This document shows, piece by piece, positions 61,734 through 64,000 of a stretch of 64,000 nucleotides of DNA. Origin of the DNA: Candidatus Hadarchaeota archaeon. Its GTDB lineage: Archaea; Hadarchaeota; Hadarchaeia; Hadarchaeales; JAGGTB01. Under the pieces are notes generated by a model. It worked only from the letters and a program-made list of their open reading frames with translations. It had not been told where the DNA came from and did not search any database. The stretch's first letter is position 1. Each line of letters starts with the position of its first letter. The DNA lies in the NCBI GenBank assembly GCA_964384105.1, contig CAYLJV010000006.1, positions 1-64,000 on the forward strand. The letters run 5' to 3'. A program made the translations under genes and the position numbers.

Positions 61734-62387
61734 ATGAAGCAAACACTGACCGACCTAGAAGACAAGAAGATAAATTCTTACACGATCTCAATAGGTAAAA
61801 AAACCGAGGGAAGATTTCCTGAGGAAACTAATTTTAAATTATACCTAAAAAACAGAGAGGGAAAGGTAACCGAGGCCCCAGTTCTTTGGGGAAAGTATTT
61901 CAGAGGCCGAGGAAAAACATACGGCCCTTGGTTTGAAATTGATTTTAAGAGAAAAATCGGATTTGACTCCCATTCTACCGAGCTTTCCAATGAGGAGTTG
62001 AAAAAACTATTCAAAAGAATAATCGATCTGCTTCCTCCAGGTGGAAGAATCATGGTGGTATACGCCGAACACAAAGAAACAGAAGATGCCCTTCAAAAAA
62101 ACATACCAAGCCCTGCTACTCCAATCGGCTCCTTATTGTTTTGGGCAGGATGTGTTTGGTTTAAAGACTGGTATTTCCCCGAAGGCGGACGAGAAGGAAA
62201 TGTAAAGCTTCAAGGGGAAAAACCAATCAATGAAGATAGTAAAAAAGAGGGTCTGTCAAAAATTAAAAAAGAATTAGAGAGATTCCTAGAAAGAGAAAAA
62301 AGTCGAAAAAGCTCCATTTTCGCAAAATCGAAGAAAAGAGCAAAAGAAATATTAAAAGAAGTAGATAAATCGCTTGAAACCAGCTGA
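61734..62387 (+). CDS. DUF1122 family protein
   Basis: F.GRG..Y.PW.E, WFKDWYFPEGGREG..KLQ. Confidence 0.88.
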   Translation: MKQTLTDLEDKKINSYTISIGKKTEGRFPEETNFKLYLKNREGKVTEAPVLWGKYFRGRGKTYGPWFEIDFKRKIGFDSHSTELSNEELKKLFKRIIDLLPPGGRIMVVYAEHKETEDALQKNIPSPATPIGSLLFWAGCVWFKDWYFPEGGREGNVKLQGEKPINEDSKKEGLSKIKKELERFLEREKSRKSSIFAKSKKRAKEILKEVDKSLETS

Positions 62388-62458
62388 TCCTTAGAAATTT
62401 CTAAAGTTGCCAAACTGCGCCCTTTATACATAGAAATAGGTACAAGAATCTGAATTTC

Positions 62459-62788
62459 ATGGCGGAAGAGAAAGAAAGCGAGGGTATTGAAAGGGAAAAC
62501 TCTAGAGAAAAATTAGAAGAACTCGTAGGAAGAATGTAGAACATGTCCAACGGAGAAACCACTAATCAACTACCCGGTTCTCTAGTGGGTTTGGGCCAAT
62601 AAGTGGAAACAAAAACAAACAAAGAGATTCTGAAAATAAAACCCTGATCCGAGAGATAAATCAAATAAATAGATGTTAAAGAAATAAAGAATTGTTTTAA
62701 CGAACTTGTGGAGATCTTAAAAGCTGAAAAAGGGCAGTCCTCATCAGAAAATCTGAAGAACTTACACCTCAAGGAAACCCATAAATAG
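62459..62788 (+). pseudogene. possible decayed ORF of unknown family
   Basis: protein-like K/E-rich frame from an ATG, interrupted by five in-frame stops. Confidence 0.3.
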
Positions 62789-62832
62789 TATGAATTGAGA
62801 AAAGGACGACCTAGAGAGAAGGTGGTCAAACA

Positions 62833-63114
62833 ATGACTAATACTGAACAAATATGTGCCGTTCCTGGATGCGAAAATGAGCTTACGGAAGAACAACAAGG
62901 AAAAAGAATAGTGATATGTTCCGGCTGCGAAGCAGCAAAGATGCATATCTGCGAAGCCTGCGGAAAGAAAATAAGTGTAAACAGGATTCAAGATGGAGCA
63001 ACTCTATGTACGCAGTGCGAAATGAATCCCTCTGATTTGGACCTAGAAGAAGAAATGGAATCCGAACTCTCGGATTACGAAATGGAATCCGAACAAGAAG
63101 ACTTCATGGTTTAA
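62833..63114 (+). CDS. Cys-rich zinc-finger protein with acidic tail
   Basis: CAVPGC, CSGC, CEAC, CTQC, then an E/D-rich C-terminus. Confidence 0.7.
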   Translation: MTNTEQICAVPGCENELTEEQQGKRIVICSGCEAAKMHICEACGKKISVNRIQDGATLCTQCEMNPSDLDLEEEMESELSDYEMESEQEDFMV

Positions 63115-63211
63115 AATCAATTTTGCATTGTTCCGTAACCAATCGTACAGGAAAAACCGGTACCTAAGAAGATTTAATAAATTAAATACGAAGACCATAG
63201 CGGGTGAAAAA

Positions 63212-64000
63212 ACGTACGAAGTAACTTCGCCAGGACAAATCTTCCTTTTTGGGGAGCACGCGGTTGTTTATGGGGAGCCTGCTTTAGCGGCCGCAATAAA
63301 CATCCGAACTAAGGCCAGGTCAGAAGCCAATGAAAATAAAAGATTCAGAGTTTTTTCCGAAAGAATAGGCAGGTTAGAAGGAAAAGTTAAGAAAGAGAAT
63401 GGCACTTGGAAAATAATAGATAGAGAAGGAGACTTAGAAGAACTTAATTTTGTAACAAAAGCAGCGGAAATTACCTTAAACTATGTTAAAAAAGGAGAAG
63501 GTATTGACCTAGAAATAGAATCAAAATTACCTTCAGGATCAGGCTTGGGAAGCTCCTCCGCCGTAACTACGGCTACTATCGCTTCTGTGTCTCTCGCACT
63601 TGAAGAGAGATTAAACAGAAAAGAAATTTCTCAACTCGCATTCGATACAGAAGTTGCTATACAAGGTGCGGCAAGTAAAACTGGTGTAAACGTTGCAAGC
63701 TATGGGGGATTTCTAAAAATTGAAAGAAACGAGATGGAAAGATTAAGAACTGCTCCCGAACTGAAAATAGTGATCGGATATACCGGAAAATATGGCAACA
63801 CCGGAGAATTAGTTAGGAAAGTCAAAAAATTAAAAGAATCCCGACCAAAAATTATTGAGCCTATAATCGAAACCATCGGGAAATGCACCGAATCTGGAAT
63901 TAACTCTTTAAGAAAATCTGATCTTCAGAAAGTCGGCGCCTTGATGAACGCAAATCAAAACCTTCTTGAAGGTCTTCAAGTCAGCTCACCTGAACTCAGA
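63212..64000 (+). CDS. mevalonate kinase-like GHMP kinase (runs off the window; not in ORF track)
   Basis: PGQIFLFGEHAVVYG, LPSGSGLGSSSA, QGAAS, NQ.LL..L.VS.PEL; start uncertain (ACG 63212 after GGGTGA, or TTG 63128). Confidence 0.85.

Overview
AT-rich archaeal chromosomal window. Archaeal markers include TFB, Sec61-beta, Tsr3, AK6, eukaryote-type GlyRS, a JAMM protease, cupin PGI, GGTGA/GGAGG ribosome-binding sites and TATA-type promoters. The gene set suggests an anaerobic euryarchaeote-like lineage, possibly MSBL1/Hadarchaeota (inference only). Contents: hisHF; an NfnSL-type pair next to a HydCBA/NuoEFG-like Nfn(Bfu)-type trio; dapL-dapF; split metE; RNase J; a lone tyrosine recombinase; a MEDS/winged-helix regulator cluster; a tusA-dsrE-iscS-iscU operon; an oxidative-stress cluster; and several gene relics. 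I saw no tRNA, rRNA, CRISPR array or transposase. Best leads: (1) the IscS homologue lacks its PLP-binding Lys and His but keeps the Cys, and sits with the TusA/DsrE sulfur carriers and an IscU-DUF59 fusion, a candidate cysteine-independent Fe-S assembly system; (2) apparent ATT/ATA/ACG starts on about seven genes; (3) an array of AGGTATA-N6-TATACCT palindromes beside the recombinase; (4) an unannotated H/ACA-like guide RNA; (5) a mevalonate-kinase-like protein missing its catalytic Lys and Asp; (6) a degenerate methanogenesis marker 14 homologue. All family calls come from motif recognition by eye, with no database search.
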